The notes below the pieces were generated by a model that saw only the letters and a program-made list of their open reading frames with translations, did not search any database and was not told the origin of the DNA. Below, piece after piece: positions 26,441 to 39,333 of a stretch of DNA of 64,000 nt. How positions within the stretch are numbered: position 1 is the stretch's first letter; the number at the start of each line of letters is the position of its first letter. Source of the stretch: Octopus vulgaris (taxonomy: Eukaryota); the NCBI GenBank assembly GCA_951406725.2, contig OX597833.1, forward strand, positions 53,506,001 through 53,570,000, in the 5' to 3' direction. The position numbers were made by a program, and so were the translations under genes.

Positions 26441-27195
26441 GAAAATGCAGCAAGCATTTGCATATATGTCAAAAAAGGTCATTTTATGTTTGAGGATACG
26501 AATCCAAATGTTCAATGCTTTTCCAAGATTATAGGGGATTGTCACGAAGCTTTCACTCCTTATAATGTAATCCTTGAAAAAAAGAAGACAGTTCAAGGAT
26601 CTCTTAAATGGTTTTTTAAATACATCAAACAACAAGAACAGCCAGAGTCAACTGTTGATATTAACAATTCACAGCCATCTACATCCACGATGTAAACCAC
26701 CAAATTGCATGTACGTATTGGTAAATTTAAAATAATTTAGTTTTTTTTTCACTATTGCAAAATAATAATAATTACTGAATTTGTTTTTTAAGCTTAAAAA
26801 AGGCTTTTATTTTACCATGTCTTACTGCAAAGTGCATTCATAAATAAAGTGTCCATTATGTACGGTAAACACTGCCAAATTGTATTTGTAAATTTAGATT
26901 ACTTTTTTTTTACTGTTCTGTATTAAGAAATTAAAATTATTTGTTTGTAAGCTTAAGATAGATTTTTATTAACCATGTAATATTGAAAATGCATTCATAA
27001 ATAAAGTACAGACCTGGGAATGGTTATTATCGGTTTATCCTAGAGACAAGTAAATTCAGCCTAGCCTTACCTAGAGACAAGTAAATTTGGCCTGGCCTAG
27101 CCTAGAGACAAGTTAATACAAGGTAATTTAACTTAAGTTGTTTTTCAACTTAAGTCATGTCTCCTGGAACCAATGAACGACGTAGGGTGAGGTAT
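26440..27195 (+). mobile_element. Possible pogo/Tigger-like 3' remnant with internal duplications
   Basis: C-terminal EKKKTVQGSLKWFF resembles Tigger transposase ends. Also a ~175-bp duplication and three ctagagacaagt repeats. Confidence 0.35.
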
Positions 27196-27288
27196 GTAGG
27201 GAGAGTTTACGAAAAAAACAAAAGACGAAGACAGGTGGTGTACAAAACAAACAAATGTATTAGTATAACGATCAGGAATAGAAAAAGT

Positions 27289-27324
27289 CTTTTACATTTC
27301 GAGCCTATGCTCTTCTACAGAAAG
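27289..27324 (-). ncRNA. Degenerate minimal hammerhead (relative of the satellite motif)
   Basis: CTTT-CTGTAGA-A-GAGC(ATAG)GCTC-GAAA-TGT-A-AAAG; A6 is U. Confidence 0.65.
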
Positions 27325-27383
27325 GGGCACAGAAAAAACAACAAAAAAAACAAGGAGAGAAAAAAATGTGTGTAGTGGCTAAC

Positions 27384-27443
<60 letters not shown>

Positions 27444-27466
27444 AAATTTTCAGAATGAGCTAAAAT

Positions 27467-27571
27467 TCCAAAGCAGTGAAAGATTTTAGAACATTTATAA
27501 ATAGAAGGTCTTACAGACGTTTCTGGGAAACGGTTGTAAGAAAATGTTCTAAAATCTTTCACTGCTTTGGA
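27467..27571. repeat. Fold-back inverted repeat (perfect 30-bp outer arms, 14-bp inner arms)
   Basis: 27467-27496 is the reverse complement of 27542-27571. Inner pair cttacagacgtttc / gaaacggttgtaag. Confidence 0.9.
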
Positions 27572-27904
27572 TTTTTATCACAAGCCATGTGTTGAGAGGA
27601 ATTCTTTGGGGTTTGAATAATTCACTTTTGGAAACATTAGAGTTTCATTCAACATCCTTAAACAATCCTTATTCAGGGACCTTTTGAGCAGGATGGGCCA
27701 CTCGACCTAAAGAAAATTCTAACTGGGCGCCACTTGCAAGGTCATGTGTTGTTTATCTTGATATGAGATCACCATGTCGTGCACATATGGTTGTGATGCA
27801 TGTGTCTGGTGCACCCTTATCAGACAGGTAGCCATGATGGGTATACTGGGCTTCGTATATTTTACCCCAGTGTTAATTTGATGGCATGCGCTGCTCTCTC
27901 ACTC

Positions 27905-27950
<46 letters not shown>

Positions 27951-27956
27951 GTAATA

Positions 27957-27993
<37 letters not shown>

Positions 27994-27994
27994 G

Positions 27995-28095
27995 CTTTGG
28001 CCATGAACTGGAGAGTCAACCCAGTAGAACTGTTACAAAAGGTTTGCCTCCTTGGCATGGCCAGAATTATCAGGAAATTATTAGATAGCTTAAAA
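27995..28095 (+). pseudogene. Extreme C-terminus of an R4/Dong-like non-LTR retrotransposon next to (AAT)n
   Basis: ELLQKVCLLGMARIIRKLLD matches the LQK..LLGTA.I.R..L end of R4-clade ORFs. Confidence 0.6.
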
Positions 28096-28115
28096 GGAAG
28101 GATAGCATGGAACTG

Positions 28116-28147
<32 letters not shown>

Positions 28148-28860
28148 TGAAAAATACGAAAAAAACTTTGATTTTTTTTAACTGAAGAGGTAGATATGTT
28201 TTTTTGCAAATTTATATATTTGAAAGTAAAAATGCAAAAAATATGTTTCCACGCAACAAGCATTTATGTTTAATAATTTTACTGCCAAAAATAAGAATGT
28301 ACTAACCAGAATCATGGACATTCCATGCAGTTGGCAACCTCTACAACATTCTTATTATAATTTATGCTCGAAAAATAGTTTCTGCTGCTCCAAAATAGAA
28401 TGCAATGGAAACATTATTTCGATATATTCTGGTATTTATTACTGTAAGATAAATTCTTGTGGTGGTTTTTTTGGGGTTTTTTTTTTTTGTTTTTTTTTGG
28501 GTGAAAAATTATTCATGGTGAAGCTTCACCATAGCTAGATCAATTTCTGTTCAAACATCATCCCTGTCATAAACAGCTGTTTATAATTGGAGTGGATCAA
28601 ATGAAAAGCAATAATTTAATATTAATATTAATATATACGATTTTCTTATACAAACAAGTAATACATACATTCACTTAAACACACTCCTTATATAATTGTA
28701 CAGTAAATATGAATTTATGGGTGCAGATATCCTAAATTAAGTATATGATACAGATGCAGTACAGAAACATATGGTGGGGACACACTAAAATTGGAAATTG
28801 TGATATATCATGATAATCCATTATAGTGCTGCACCATGTACAAAGGACCCATGCCAGTGA

Positions 28861-29467
28861 GCTATGGTAAGACCTCACCTGGAATTTGCATCACCAGTCT
28901 GGAACCCCTATCTTGCCCAGGATATCAATCGTCTGGAAGCCGTTCAGCGACATGCAACCAAAAGAATACCCTCCATCAGGCATTTGCCATATTCTGAATG
29001 CCCTACTTCCCTGGGTATGGACACATTGAAACTCCGACGTCCAGCAGCTGACTTGGCAGACACCCATAAAATTATCAACCATCTTACAAACAATAACTCT
29101 GAGCACTTTTTCGAACTCCACCCGTCTAACACCCGTGGACATATTTACAAAGTCAGAAAACAGCACAGCTCCCATGACTTTAGGAAACATTTTTTCACGC
29201 TGAGAGTTGCTGAAACACGGAACAAACTGCCGGCATCAGATGTTAGTTGTTGGAGCACTGCATCCTTCAAAACTTCCATGCTTTCTGAGATTCGCCAACA
29301 CTACACCTGATTTTCTCCCCTCCATACGCACACAAGCATGTATCTGACTCATACATTGTTCGCTTTCCAGACATTTGTACATTACTGCATATACTTTATA
29401 CGCACTTTTTGACAAGTTGTGGTGCACCTGAGCACTGTATACAATAATTTCATTATTATTATTATTA
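28861..29467 (+). mobile_element. 5'-truncated CR1/L2-group LINE (RT C-terminus, 3' UTR, (ATT)n tail)
   Basis: VRPHLEFASPVWNPYL..DINRLEAVQRHATKRI...TRGH...RKHFFTLRV...NKLP. Confidence 0.88.
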
Positions 29468-29539
29468 TAAAAATTATCTATGCCATGCTATGTAAAAAAC
29501 ACTTGTGCTGGTGCCACCTGTGGGCTCCAGCAGAAAGTA

Positions 29540-29690
29540 ATGGTGAACTTCTGCTCACTCTTTCTTCCTGCATCTTGCAGCTCACCTGCAACGGACTGGC
29601 GTCCCATCCAGGTGGGGAACCTATATGCCAAGGAAACCGACCAGGAAACCGGCCCTAATAAGTCATGTGTGGCTCGAGAAGGAACAAATA
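29540..29690 (+). mobile_element. Possible V-SINE-like fragment
   Basis: cctgcaacggactggcgtcccatccaggtgggg resembles the V-domain consensus. Confidence 0.45.
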
Positions 29691-29869
29691 ATTTTGTCAA
29701 GTGCTCCATTGGTTCTCCTCAGGTAGGATGACTGTTACTGTATTTTATTGGTCCCAGGTGAAAGACAAAGCGGACTTCAGAGGGACTGAAACTTAGAACT
29801 TAAGATTCAGCAACTAAACACCAGATAGCATTTTGTTTGCTGCTCTATCGATTATCTTTCATCATCATC

Positions 29870-30400
29870 CTTCATCATCATCATCATCATCATCATCATC
29901 GTTTAACGTCTGCTTTCCATGCTAGCATGGGTTGGACGATTTTGACTGAGGGCGGGCAAACCAGATGGCTGCACCAAGCTCCAATCTTGATATAGCAGAG
30001 TTTCTACAGCTGGATGCCCTTCCTAGTGCCAACTACTCCGAGAGTGTAGTGGGTGCTTTTACGTACCACTAGCATCGGGGCCAGTCAGACAGTACTGGCA
30101 ATGACCTCGCTCGAATCTTTTTACACATGCTACCGGCACAGGTGCCAGCAAGGTGACACTGGTAACAATCACGCTTGAATGATGCCCTTTTATGTGCCAC
30201 TGGCATGGAAGCCAATTGGCTGCTCTAGCAATGATCATGCTCAGATGGTGCTCTTGGCACCCTACTAGCACGGGCACAAGTGCCAGTAAGGCGACGCTGG
30301 TAACGATCACACTCGAACGGTGCCTTTTATGTGCCACTGGCACGGAAGCCAGTTAGCCGCTGTGTCAACGATCACACTCATATGGTGCTCTTTGCATCCC
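29870..30400 (-). mobile_element. SINE family C with several internal subrepeats
   Basis: (ATC)n, then cgtttaacgtc...ggatgcccttcct, then repeated ttttatgtgccac units. Confidence 0.85.
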
Positions 30401-30481
30401 ACTTTGGGGAAGATATAGCCAATTAAACTGACCCCAGTACTTGATTGGTACTTGAAAGGCAACATTGATGACTTTGGCAGA

Positions 30482-30868
30482 GTGGAAGCACTCTATCAGT
30501 TACGACGACGAGGGTTCCGGTTGATCCGAATCAACGGAACAGCCTGCTCATGAAATTAACGTGTAAGTGGCTGAGCACTCCACAGACACGTGTACCCTTA
30601 ACGTAGTTCTCGGGGATATTCAGCGTGACACAGAGAGTGACAAGGCCGGCCCTTTGAAATACAGGTACAACAGAAACAGGAAGTAAGAGTGAGAGAAAGT
30701 TGTGGTGAAAGAGTACAGCAGGGATCACCACCATCCCCTGCCGGAGCCTCGTGGAGCTTTTAGGTGTTTTCACTCAATAAACACTCACAACGCCCGGTCT
30801 GGGAATCGAAACCGCGATCCTATGACCGCGAGTCCGCTGCCCTAACCACTGGGCCATTGCGCCTCCAC
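30482..30868 (-). mobile_element. SINE family D, tail type 1, inserted in an old family B copy
   Basis: TSD actttggcRga at 30471-30481 and 30869-30879. Confidence 0.9.
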
Positions 30869-31802
30869 ACTTTGGCGGAATTAGAACACAGAACATAAAG
30901 AGTTTGCAACAGACCACCAACCACAGGGCATTTTGTATGGCACTCTACCGATTCTGTCAGTTCGAAAGCATTAATATTATGAGAGCTAAATGGTTAAGCC
31001 TTGTAAAAAAAAAGTCACGAGTTTCATGTAATCACGTTGTTTCCTTGCTAAAGAATTGTTTGTGAATATTTCCTTCATTTAATCACAACAATGCAACATC
31101 GTTCCATGCCAAGTCATAATATTGTTAACTCTCCGAATCAATATATTTCAGGAGTTTTACATTTCTGTCAATCATTTCTGCCTAACTGCTGTTATGTTAG
31201 CAAATACCTCTAACTCAGACACACACACAAACACACACACACACACATACTCACACACACACACGCAAACACACACATACACGTATGCTCACACACACAT
31301 AAATATATTCATACATACACATTTTTTTTTCTCTTCACAAACGTTCATGAATTTATAATAAATTCTATATATATAAATATATACCCAGTTCAGATGTACA
31401 AAGACAAATATATACATACATCGACACAAATACAGATAAGTAAATATACCTGTAGTCACATATATATACGCATGTACACGGATTTGAAATAAATTATATG
31501 TAAAAACCATACAGATAAAGAAAGAAAGGAAAACTTGATGAATGCACCCATTTATTTTTTATTTGCATACATAGCAAACCCAGCTGCTAACCGTGAACTA
31601 TAAAAGAACTTTTTGTCAACTTACTGAACTTCAATGTGGTTAAAATTTACAACCTCCTATGTCAACAAACCACTATAGTTCCTGAATGTTTGTTTTTTAT
31701 ACATTCTCCAGACCGCTCAAAGCTTACTGACTTCCTACGCCTTGCTCCTTGGATCTTACTTTTACATATTACTATATGTATATATCATCATGGCTCCTCT
31801 CA

Positions 31803-33197
31803 CACGGTGGCCGGTGGAGAGTTCACCAAACAGGGCAATCTTAGGAAGGGGATAGTTCTCCATTCTGGAGACATGCCCTGCCCATCGGAGACGGGACTTC
31901 AGTAGCATGGCTTCAATGCTGGGGATCTCGGTCCGCTCCAAGACTTCAATGTTTGTGATGAAGTCACACCCGTGTATGTTGAGGATTGTGCAGAGACAGG
32001 AAGGCTGTCCATGTCGCGTGCATGCACGCTCATTTCTGACAAGTCCGATATGGGAAAGGCAGGTCCGTGAGCAGTGTCCACAGATGAAGGTAACATCTGG
32101 TGTGGTGTCAGAGGTGGCTCACACCTTCCTCCTGTGTCTCTTGTCTTTAAGCGCGTCTCTTCTTTGTTCTTCAAACTCGCTGACTGCGTTGAAGATCATG
32201 TGGCACCAGACATCACGGTCCGTAACCAGCATTGGTGGTCAATATGACATGCTGTTAGAGACTTCTTGAAGCAGTCTTTGTAGCGCTTCCTTGGAGCTCC
32301 TCTCACACGGTGGCCGGTGGAGAGTTCACCAAACAGGGTAATCTTAGGAAGGCAATGGTTCTCCATTCTGGAGACATGCCTTGCCCATCGGTGGTGGGAC
32401 TTCAGTAGCATGGCTTCAATGCTGGGGATCTCGGCCCGCTCCAAGACTTCAATGTTTGTGATGAAGTCACACCCTTGTATGTTGAGGATTGTGTGGAGAC
32501 TTCGCTGGTGGAAGCGCTCAAGGAGACGGATGTGACTGCAGTAAGTGATCTAGGTCTCTGAGCCATAGAGAAGAGTGGTGAGAACCACGGCCCTGTAGAC
32601 ACTGATCTTTGTTTTGTTCTTCAGGTTATTATTGTGCCAAACACGTTTGTACAATCTGCCAAAGGACCTATTTGCCTTAGAGAGTCTATTTTCAATTTCT
32701 TTGCCGATCCTTGCATCAAATGAGATGATGCAGCCCAGGTATGTAAACTGCTGTGTTGATTTCAGTCTGGTACCACAGATAGTGATGTGGGGTGGACGGT
32801 ATTCTTCTTGGGATGTAGGTTGGTGAAGTACCTTCGTCTTCTTGAGGGTGACCTCCAGGCCAAAGAGCCGCGAGGCGTCTGCAAAGTAGGATGTGATGCG
32901 CTGCAGAGCTCGCTCTGTGTGGGTGACAAGGACAGTGTCTGCGAAGAGAAGGTCTCGGATCAGCCTCTCCTTGGTCTTGGTGTGGGCTTAGAGGTGCCGT
33001 AGATTGAAGAGGCTGCCATCCAGACGATACCTGACATACACCCCATCCTCATCCTCATCCTCCATATCTTCAGTTGCATGCTTGATCATCATGCTGAAGA
33101 TGCTGAAGAGAGTTGGTGCCAGGACACAACCCTGCTTCACGCCGTTGGAGATGGGGAAGGGCTACAACAGGTCACCGTTGAGTCTGATCTGACCATC
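31803..33197 (-). mobile_element. RTE-clade (BovB-like) LINE fragment, decayed
   Basis: NGVKQGCVLAPTLF, RYRLDGSLFNLR, RDLLFAD, PSIEAMLLK..RWA.HVSRM...LPK..LFGEL and a terminal C..C..H knuckle. Confidence 0.92.
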
Positions 33198-33582
33198 CAG
33201 AAGAGTTGCAGGAGATTCTGAAGTCGTCTAGAAGCTGTGGTTGAAGCCAATGGTGATTTTATGGAATAAATTTTCTCTTTAGTATTTCAAGATATTTTTA
33301 TGTAATTTTGGTAAATATATCTGTCAAAATTTTTATGCGTTCGTTGCGCAAGCTTTATGAAGTATCTAAACGCTGTTGGTTACTGGTGTGCGCCATTATG
33401 TAGCACTCTCTGTTCCTATCCATTTTTCCCCTTTCTTTCGCTAGTTTTCTGCTTCTCTTTCCTTTCCTGCTTCTCCACTATTTCCTTCTTCCTCTTAATG
33501 TTTTCCTTCTCTTTCTTTCGCCTGTAACAACTAATTTGTATAAGCACACGCCAGGAGATTTTGTGCGCGTACATATGTATAC

Positions 33583-33986
33583 TCTTACTCTTTTTACTCT
33601 TTTACTTGCTTCAGTCATTTGACTGCGGCCATGCTGGGGCACCGCCTTCAATCGAGCAACTCGACCCCCGGGACTTATTCTTTTGTACTTATTCTATAGG
33701 TCTCTTTTGCCGAACCGCTAAGTAACGGCGACATAAACACACCAGCATCGGTTGTCAAGCAATGCTAGGGGGACAAACACAGACACACACAAACACACAC
33801 ATACATATATATATACATATATACGGCAGGCTTCTTTCAGTTTCCGTCTACCAAATCCACTCACAAGGCTTTGGTCGGCCCGAGGCTATAGTAGAAGACA
33901 CTTGCCCAAGGTGCCACGCAGTGGGACTGAACCCGGAACCACGTGGCTGGTAAACAAGCTACTTACCACACAGCCACTCCTGCACC
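33583..33986 (-). mobile_element. SINE family A
   Basis: Full-length match to the family. Confidence 0.9.
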
Positions 33987-34431
33987 TATATGCATTTGTA
34001 TATACATTTATGTCTCACCTATATATGTCTGTATATGTATGTAGCTATGTACATGCATCTATATGTTTTAGTGTATATATGTATATTATAAATGGTTTAG
34101 TATGAGCATATGCTGCTAAATGTATTTGTAAACCAATGTGAAAATTCTTTAAATGGATATAACTTTTAAAGTATTAATTGATTAATATTTTACAAATAAT
34201 TATATACCCTAGGTATTTAGACTCTATCCTTTTATAAGCCTTTTTGATCTAAGGTTTTCTTTGATTTTATAATAAGATGATTTTATACCCAAATTTGTTC
34301 ATTGCATGCAACCGGTCATTGTAAAGACCGTTAGCTGAAAGGACCAATGAAGCAAAACTATTTTCAAATGTGTATCCATTAAACTTATTGTATATGTTTG
34401 CTTATAACCGTATTTTTGTTCCATTCTAAAC

Positions 34432-34477
34432 AAAACTGTCCGACAAATTGGAGTGTGAAACTCTGAGTAACAGTTTT
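34432..34477 (+). ncRNA. Degenerate minimal hammerhead
   Basis: AAAACTGT-CCGACAA-attggagtgt-GAA-ACTCTGAGT-A-ACAGTTTT: 8-bp stem I, quasi-palindromic helix III, G8 is A. A relative lies at 7632-7666 (-). Confidence 0.6.
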
Positions 34478-34927
34478 TGTGATATTTTTGCTGCTTTTTA
34501 CTAAAGTATATATATGTATGTATGTAATTGTGTCTGTGTTTGTCCTCCCACCATCGCTTGACAACCAGTGTTAGTGTGTTTACATCCCCATAACTTAGCG
34601 ATTCAGCAAAAATGACCGATCAAATAAGTACTAGGCTTACAAAGAATAAGTCCTGGGGTTGATTTGTTCGACTAAAGGTGGTGCTCCAGCATGGCTGCTG
34701 TCAAATGACTGAAACAAGTAAAAAAGTATATGTGTATTTATATATATGTATATATATATATATATATATATTATTTGGCACATTACTTAATCATTGTTAT
34801 ATGTTTTATCCTATATTTAATCTTTCTATAAGATATAATTTTTCTAAATGGTATAATTTAATTTTTCATTATTGAATTGATGAAAGGTGGTTCTTTTCTA
34901 ATTTATATATATATATAAATATATATA

Positions 34928-35339
34928 GGCACAGGAGTGGCTGTGTGGTAAGTAGCTTGCTAACCAACCACATGGTTCCGGGTTCAGTCCCACTGCATGG
35001 CATCTTGGGCAAGTGTCTTCTGCTATAGCCCCGGGCCGACCAATGCCTTGTGAGTGGATTTGGTAGACGGAAACTGAAAGAAGCCTGTCGTATATATGTG
35101 TATATATATGTGTGTGTATGTGTGTGTGTTTGTCCCCTTAGCATTTCTTGACAACCGATGCTGGTGTGTTTACGTCCCCATCACTTAACGGTTCGGCAAA
35201 AAGAGACCGATAGAATAAGTACTAGGTTTACAAAGAATAAGTCCCGGGGTCGATTTGCTCGACTAAACGCGGTGCTCCAGCATGGCCGCAGTCAAATGAC
35301 TGAAACAAGTAAAAGAGTAAAAGAGTAAAAGAGTAAAAG

Positions 35340-35340
<1 letters not shown>
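34928..35340 (+). mobile_element. SINE family A
   Basis: Full-length match to the family. Confidence 0.9.
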
Positions 35341-35374
<34 letters not shown>

Positions 35375-35696
35375 TTATATTTTGTGAAATTTGATTTAGT
35401 ATTTCTAAATTGAATTTTTCCCTGTAAGTTTGGAATAATATTCCCTCATATTATTATATAAGGGAATATATTCCAAGACTATTGAAAAGGTTGCAAGACC
35501 CAACGATAATTTTAGGAAAATAAAAAGACAAAATAAGTGGAAATTTTACCGGTGAGTGTGTTAAATAATAAGGTACTAAAAGAGAATGACTCTCCCCAGA
35601 CACAACAGAATATGCTTCAACACACGAACACATATAAAGAATCTTGCAAACCAAATCCAAAAACGAAATATATATATATATAAATATAGATATATT

Positions 35697-35730
<34 letters not shown>

Positions 35731-36436
35731 TGTATGTATGTATGTATGTATGTATGTATGTGTGTGAGTGTGTGTATATGCATGCATGTGTGTGTGTGTG
35801 ATTTTCAGTCTCCCAGTAGTAACTGCATTGTTTCTTTGAGACCATTCTTAATTTGTCAATGATCTTCTTTTGTTTACTATACAATGGAATATCTCATAGC
35901 AATGTTATTATTGAAGCATTCCTACATGTTTTTACTAATATCCATATATCAGATACCACTGGAATACAGTCCTTTATATATATATTCAATGTCCCCTCTT
36001 CTTCATAAACAGTAAGAGCAATTCAATTAAAGTGAATGAACAGAATGAATACGATTGGCTAAAAATGTAGGTGGAAAGCTCCCTCTCTCCCTTACATTAC
36101 ATTGTTCATAACATTGAAATAATAATTTCTTTGTACCGAGCACAAGGTCGATTAGCATATTAGATTAATTAGGAATTTCTAGTTTCATACAGTGATCGTT
36201 GATATTAGAAGTCTTATGCTTCAAGCACTCGGAAGCTCTGTACGTGCAAACATACGTCAATGTTGATGTAGGTATGCTAGCATGTATGAATGTGGGTTTC
36301 TATGTATGTATGTATGTATGTATGTATGTATGTATGTATGTATGTATGTATGTATGTATGTATGCATTTATGTATGTATGTATGTATGTATGTGTGTATA
36401 TATGTATGTATGTATGTATGTATTTGTATGTGTATG

Positions 36437-36650
36437 CTCTTTACTCTTTTACGCTTTTACTTGTTTCAGTTGTTTGGCTGTGGTCATGCTGGAGCACCGC
36501 TTTCAGTCGAGCAAATTGAACCGAGGACTTATTTTTTTGTATGCTAAGTACTCATTCCATCGGTCTCTTTTGCTGAACTGCTAAGTTACGAGGGATGTAA
36601 ACACACCAGCATCAGTTGTCAAGCGATGTTCGGGGGACAAACACAGACAC

Positions 36651-36711
<61 letters not shown>

Positions 36712-36970
36712 TATATTAATAAAAAAATATATATATATATACATACATATATATATATATTTTACATATATATGTATATATATATATAAATATATATACA
36801 TATATACGATGGGCTTCTTTCAGTTTCTGTCTACCAAATCCATTCACAAGGCTTTGGTTGGCCCAAGGCAATAGTTGGAGACACTTGCCCAAGGTGCCAT
36901 GCAGTGGGACTGAACCCGGAACCATGTGGCTTGTTAGCAAGCTACTTACCACACAGCCACTCCTATGCCT
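36437..36970 (-). mobile_element. SINE family A with an expanded TA linker
   Basis: Tail 36437-36650 and head 36805-36970. Confidence 0.85.
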
Positions 36971-37375
36971 AGGTTTCTTTTTATTTATGTATGTATGTAT
37001 GAATGTTGGTATGCATTTATGTATGAGTGTATGTATGTATGTATGTATGTATGTATGTATGTATGTATGTATGTATGTATGTATGTATGTATGTATGTAT
37101 GTATGTATGTGTATGTATGTATGTAGATATGTGTGTACATATGTATGTACTTATGTATGTATATATATAGATGTGTGTATGTTATATGTATAAATGTATG
37201 TATGCATATATATATATATATATGTAAAAATGTATGTATGTGTATGTGTATGTGTGTATGTATGTCATTATTCAGTTTATTTCAAGATTTCTTGCCAATA
37301 GAGAAAGAACCAGTTTTGAAACTAGACCCAACGCTCCTTCATTGGAATTTCAACATCAACAACAGAGTATGTATG

Positions 37376-37409
<34 letters not shown>

Positions 37410-37519
37410 TGTATGTATGTATGTATGTATGTATGTATGTATGTGTGCAGATTTGCATGTTTTATGTATGTATTCTCATGCATATAGTTGCATATCAAGA
37501 CATGCTCATATATATTTAA

Positions 37520-38575
37520 ATGATAGGTTTTATAGGTTTTTACAGTTCCAGTGGTGGATTGGATCTGTAGTCTATGAATTATTGGGCTGTCCGGAAGGTT
37601 TGTGCCAATTTATTTTAGCTTACCTTTCGACTTATTTTAGAACATGGTTGAGTCCATAAAATAGGATTTGACTACACCTCCATTTAGAGCACAGTTTAAG
37701 CTATCTTTTTGTGGAAGAAGGTTTATGTTCTTATAACCTGTGTTAATTCTGTAACCCTTTAAAATGGAAGATAAGAAAGTTCATTTTCGGCACTTGATGC
37801 CTTGAGAACCAGACAAAAATTGCTGCAGCTCGGCTGGGATGTGTTACCCCACCCTCCATATTCATCAGATATTGCTCTTTCGGATTCCCACTTATTCAGG
37901 TCTCTGCAGAATAGTCTTAATGGTAAAAATTTCAATTCATTGGATGACATAAAAAGATACCTTGATGAATTCTTTGCCATGAAACCAGCTCAGTTCTGGG
38001 AAGAGGGTATTTTCAAGTTAAAGGAAAGATGGAGACGCATTATGCAACAAAATGGTTTATATTTGGTTGATTAAAAATGTAGTGGCAAGTATTTATTGAC
38101 CTTTTTCTTTCCTTTAAAAATCGGCACGAACTTTCCGGACAACCCAATAGCTTTCTCCTTTCTGGTTTTGAGAAGCCTAATCTCTCAAGATTGGTATTTA
38201 GGTAGTGTGTTATATATCCCAGAGCCCCAATAATTACAGTTATGAACCTGAACTTGTAACTTCAGATTTCTCAATAGTTCATCGTAGATATTCTCTTATT
38301 CACTGATCTTCAGCTTTATGTTAACATCTGCTGGGCAGCTAATTTCCACAACTGTACACAGTTTCTCTTCTCTGTCCCAAATCATTATATCAGGTCTGTT
38401 GTGCTAACATTTTATTGAGGTCTTCACTGAGACATTCCACCAGTATTCCTTTTTATTATGAGTGGTTATGGCTTCTATCATATTGTGGGTCCATTTTATA
38501 GAGTGTCCTAGTTACAACATCACGTCTCATCGGTAGATAATACCAGGATGATAACTGGGACATGTTTGAGAATTG
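37520..38575 (-). mobile_element. R4/Dong-like RLE non-LTR retrotransposon 3' fragment interrupted by a mariner
   Basis: YYLPMRRDVV (RHD-like motif) and HNRPDIMIWDREEKLCTVVEISCP (PD-(D/E)xK-type RLE). The frame continues across the mariner insertion. Confidence 0.78.
37582..38147 (+). mobile_element. Internally deleted mariner element
   Basis: TA TSDs and ~30-bp imperfect TIRs ttgggctgtccggaagg / ctttccggacaacccaa. MEDKKVHFRH N-terminus is joined to GWDVLPHPPYSSDIALSD.HLF...GIFKLKERW. Confidence 0.93.
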
Positions 38576-38763
38576 TGTCAGTATGTATGTATGTATGTAT
38601 GCATGTGTGTATGTATGTGTGTATGTATGTATGTATGTATGAATGTATGTATGTATGAATGTATGTATGTATATATGTATGTATGTATGTATGTATGTGT
38701 ATATATATCTGTATGTATGTATGTATGTATGTATGAATGTATGTATGAATGTATGTACGTGTG

Positions 38764-38797
<34 letters not shown>

Positions 38798-38963
38798 TGT
38801 ATCCATCTATGTACATATGAAGGTATATATGTGTTTGAGAATGTAAGTATGTATGTTTATATGCATGTATGAATGCTATGCATGTATATAGTTATATATG
38901 AATGTATGTATTTATATATGTATGCATTTAAGTATACATGCATCTAAGTAGGTGTGCATGTAT

Positions 38964-39333
38964 TTATTGCCTTTGCCTTAGCGAAGGCGGAGGTATTGTT
39001 TTCAGTTGTATTTGTTTGTTTGTCCATGGACAAGATATCTCAAGAACCGCTGGATGGATTCAGATGGAACTTTCAGGGATGTTTGGCCTCATGTCTGGCA
39101 TGAACTGATTAGATTTTGGGATCGATCTGATATTGGACAAGAATTCTGGAATATTTTTCTTGTTTTTTTTTACTTAATTTTTGAGAGTGGTTGGGTTCAT
39201 TTTTAGTATTCTCATTTGTGAGAGCAGTCGAGTTTATTTCAGATATTCTCTTTTTAAAAATCCTCTCTGGCTAATCGTTAAAAGGATGCTGGTGTTGCCT
39301 TGGTAGAGATTTGTGCTCTCTGAGTGCTCTTGT
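38964..39333 (+). mobile_element. Helentron/DINE-1-like non-autonomous element
   Basis: T-rich flanks, subterminal inverted motif (gcctttgcc..aaggcggagg / ccttggtagag), (TTTG)n microsatellite and 3' hairpin gtgctctctgagtgc. Confidence 0.55.
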
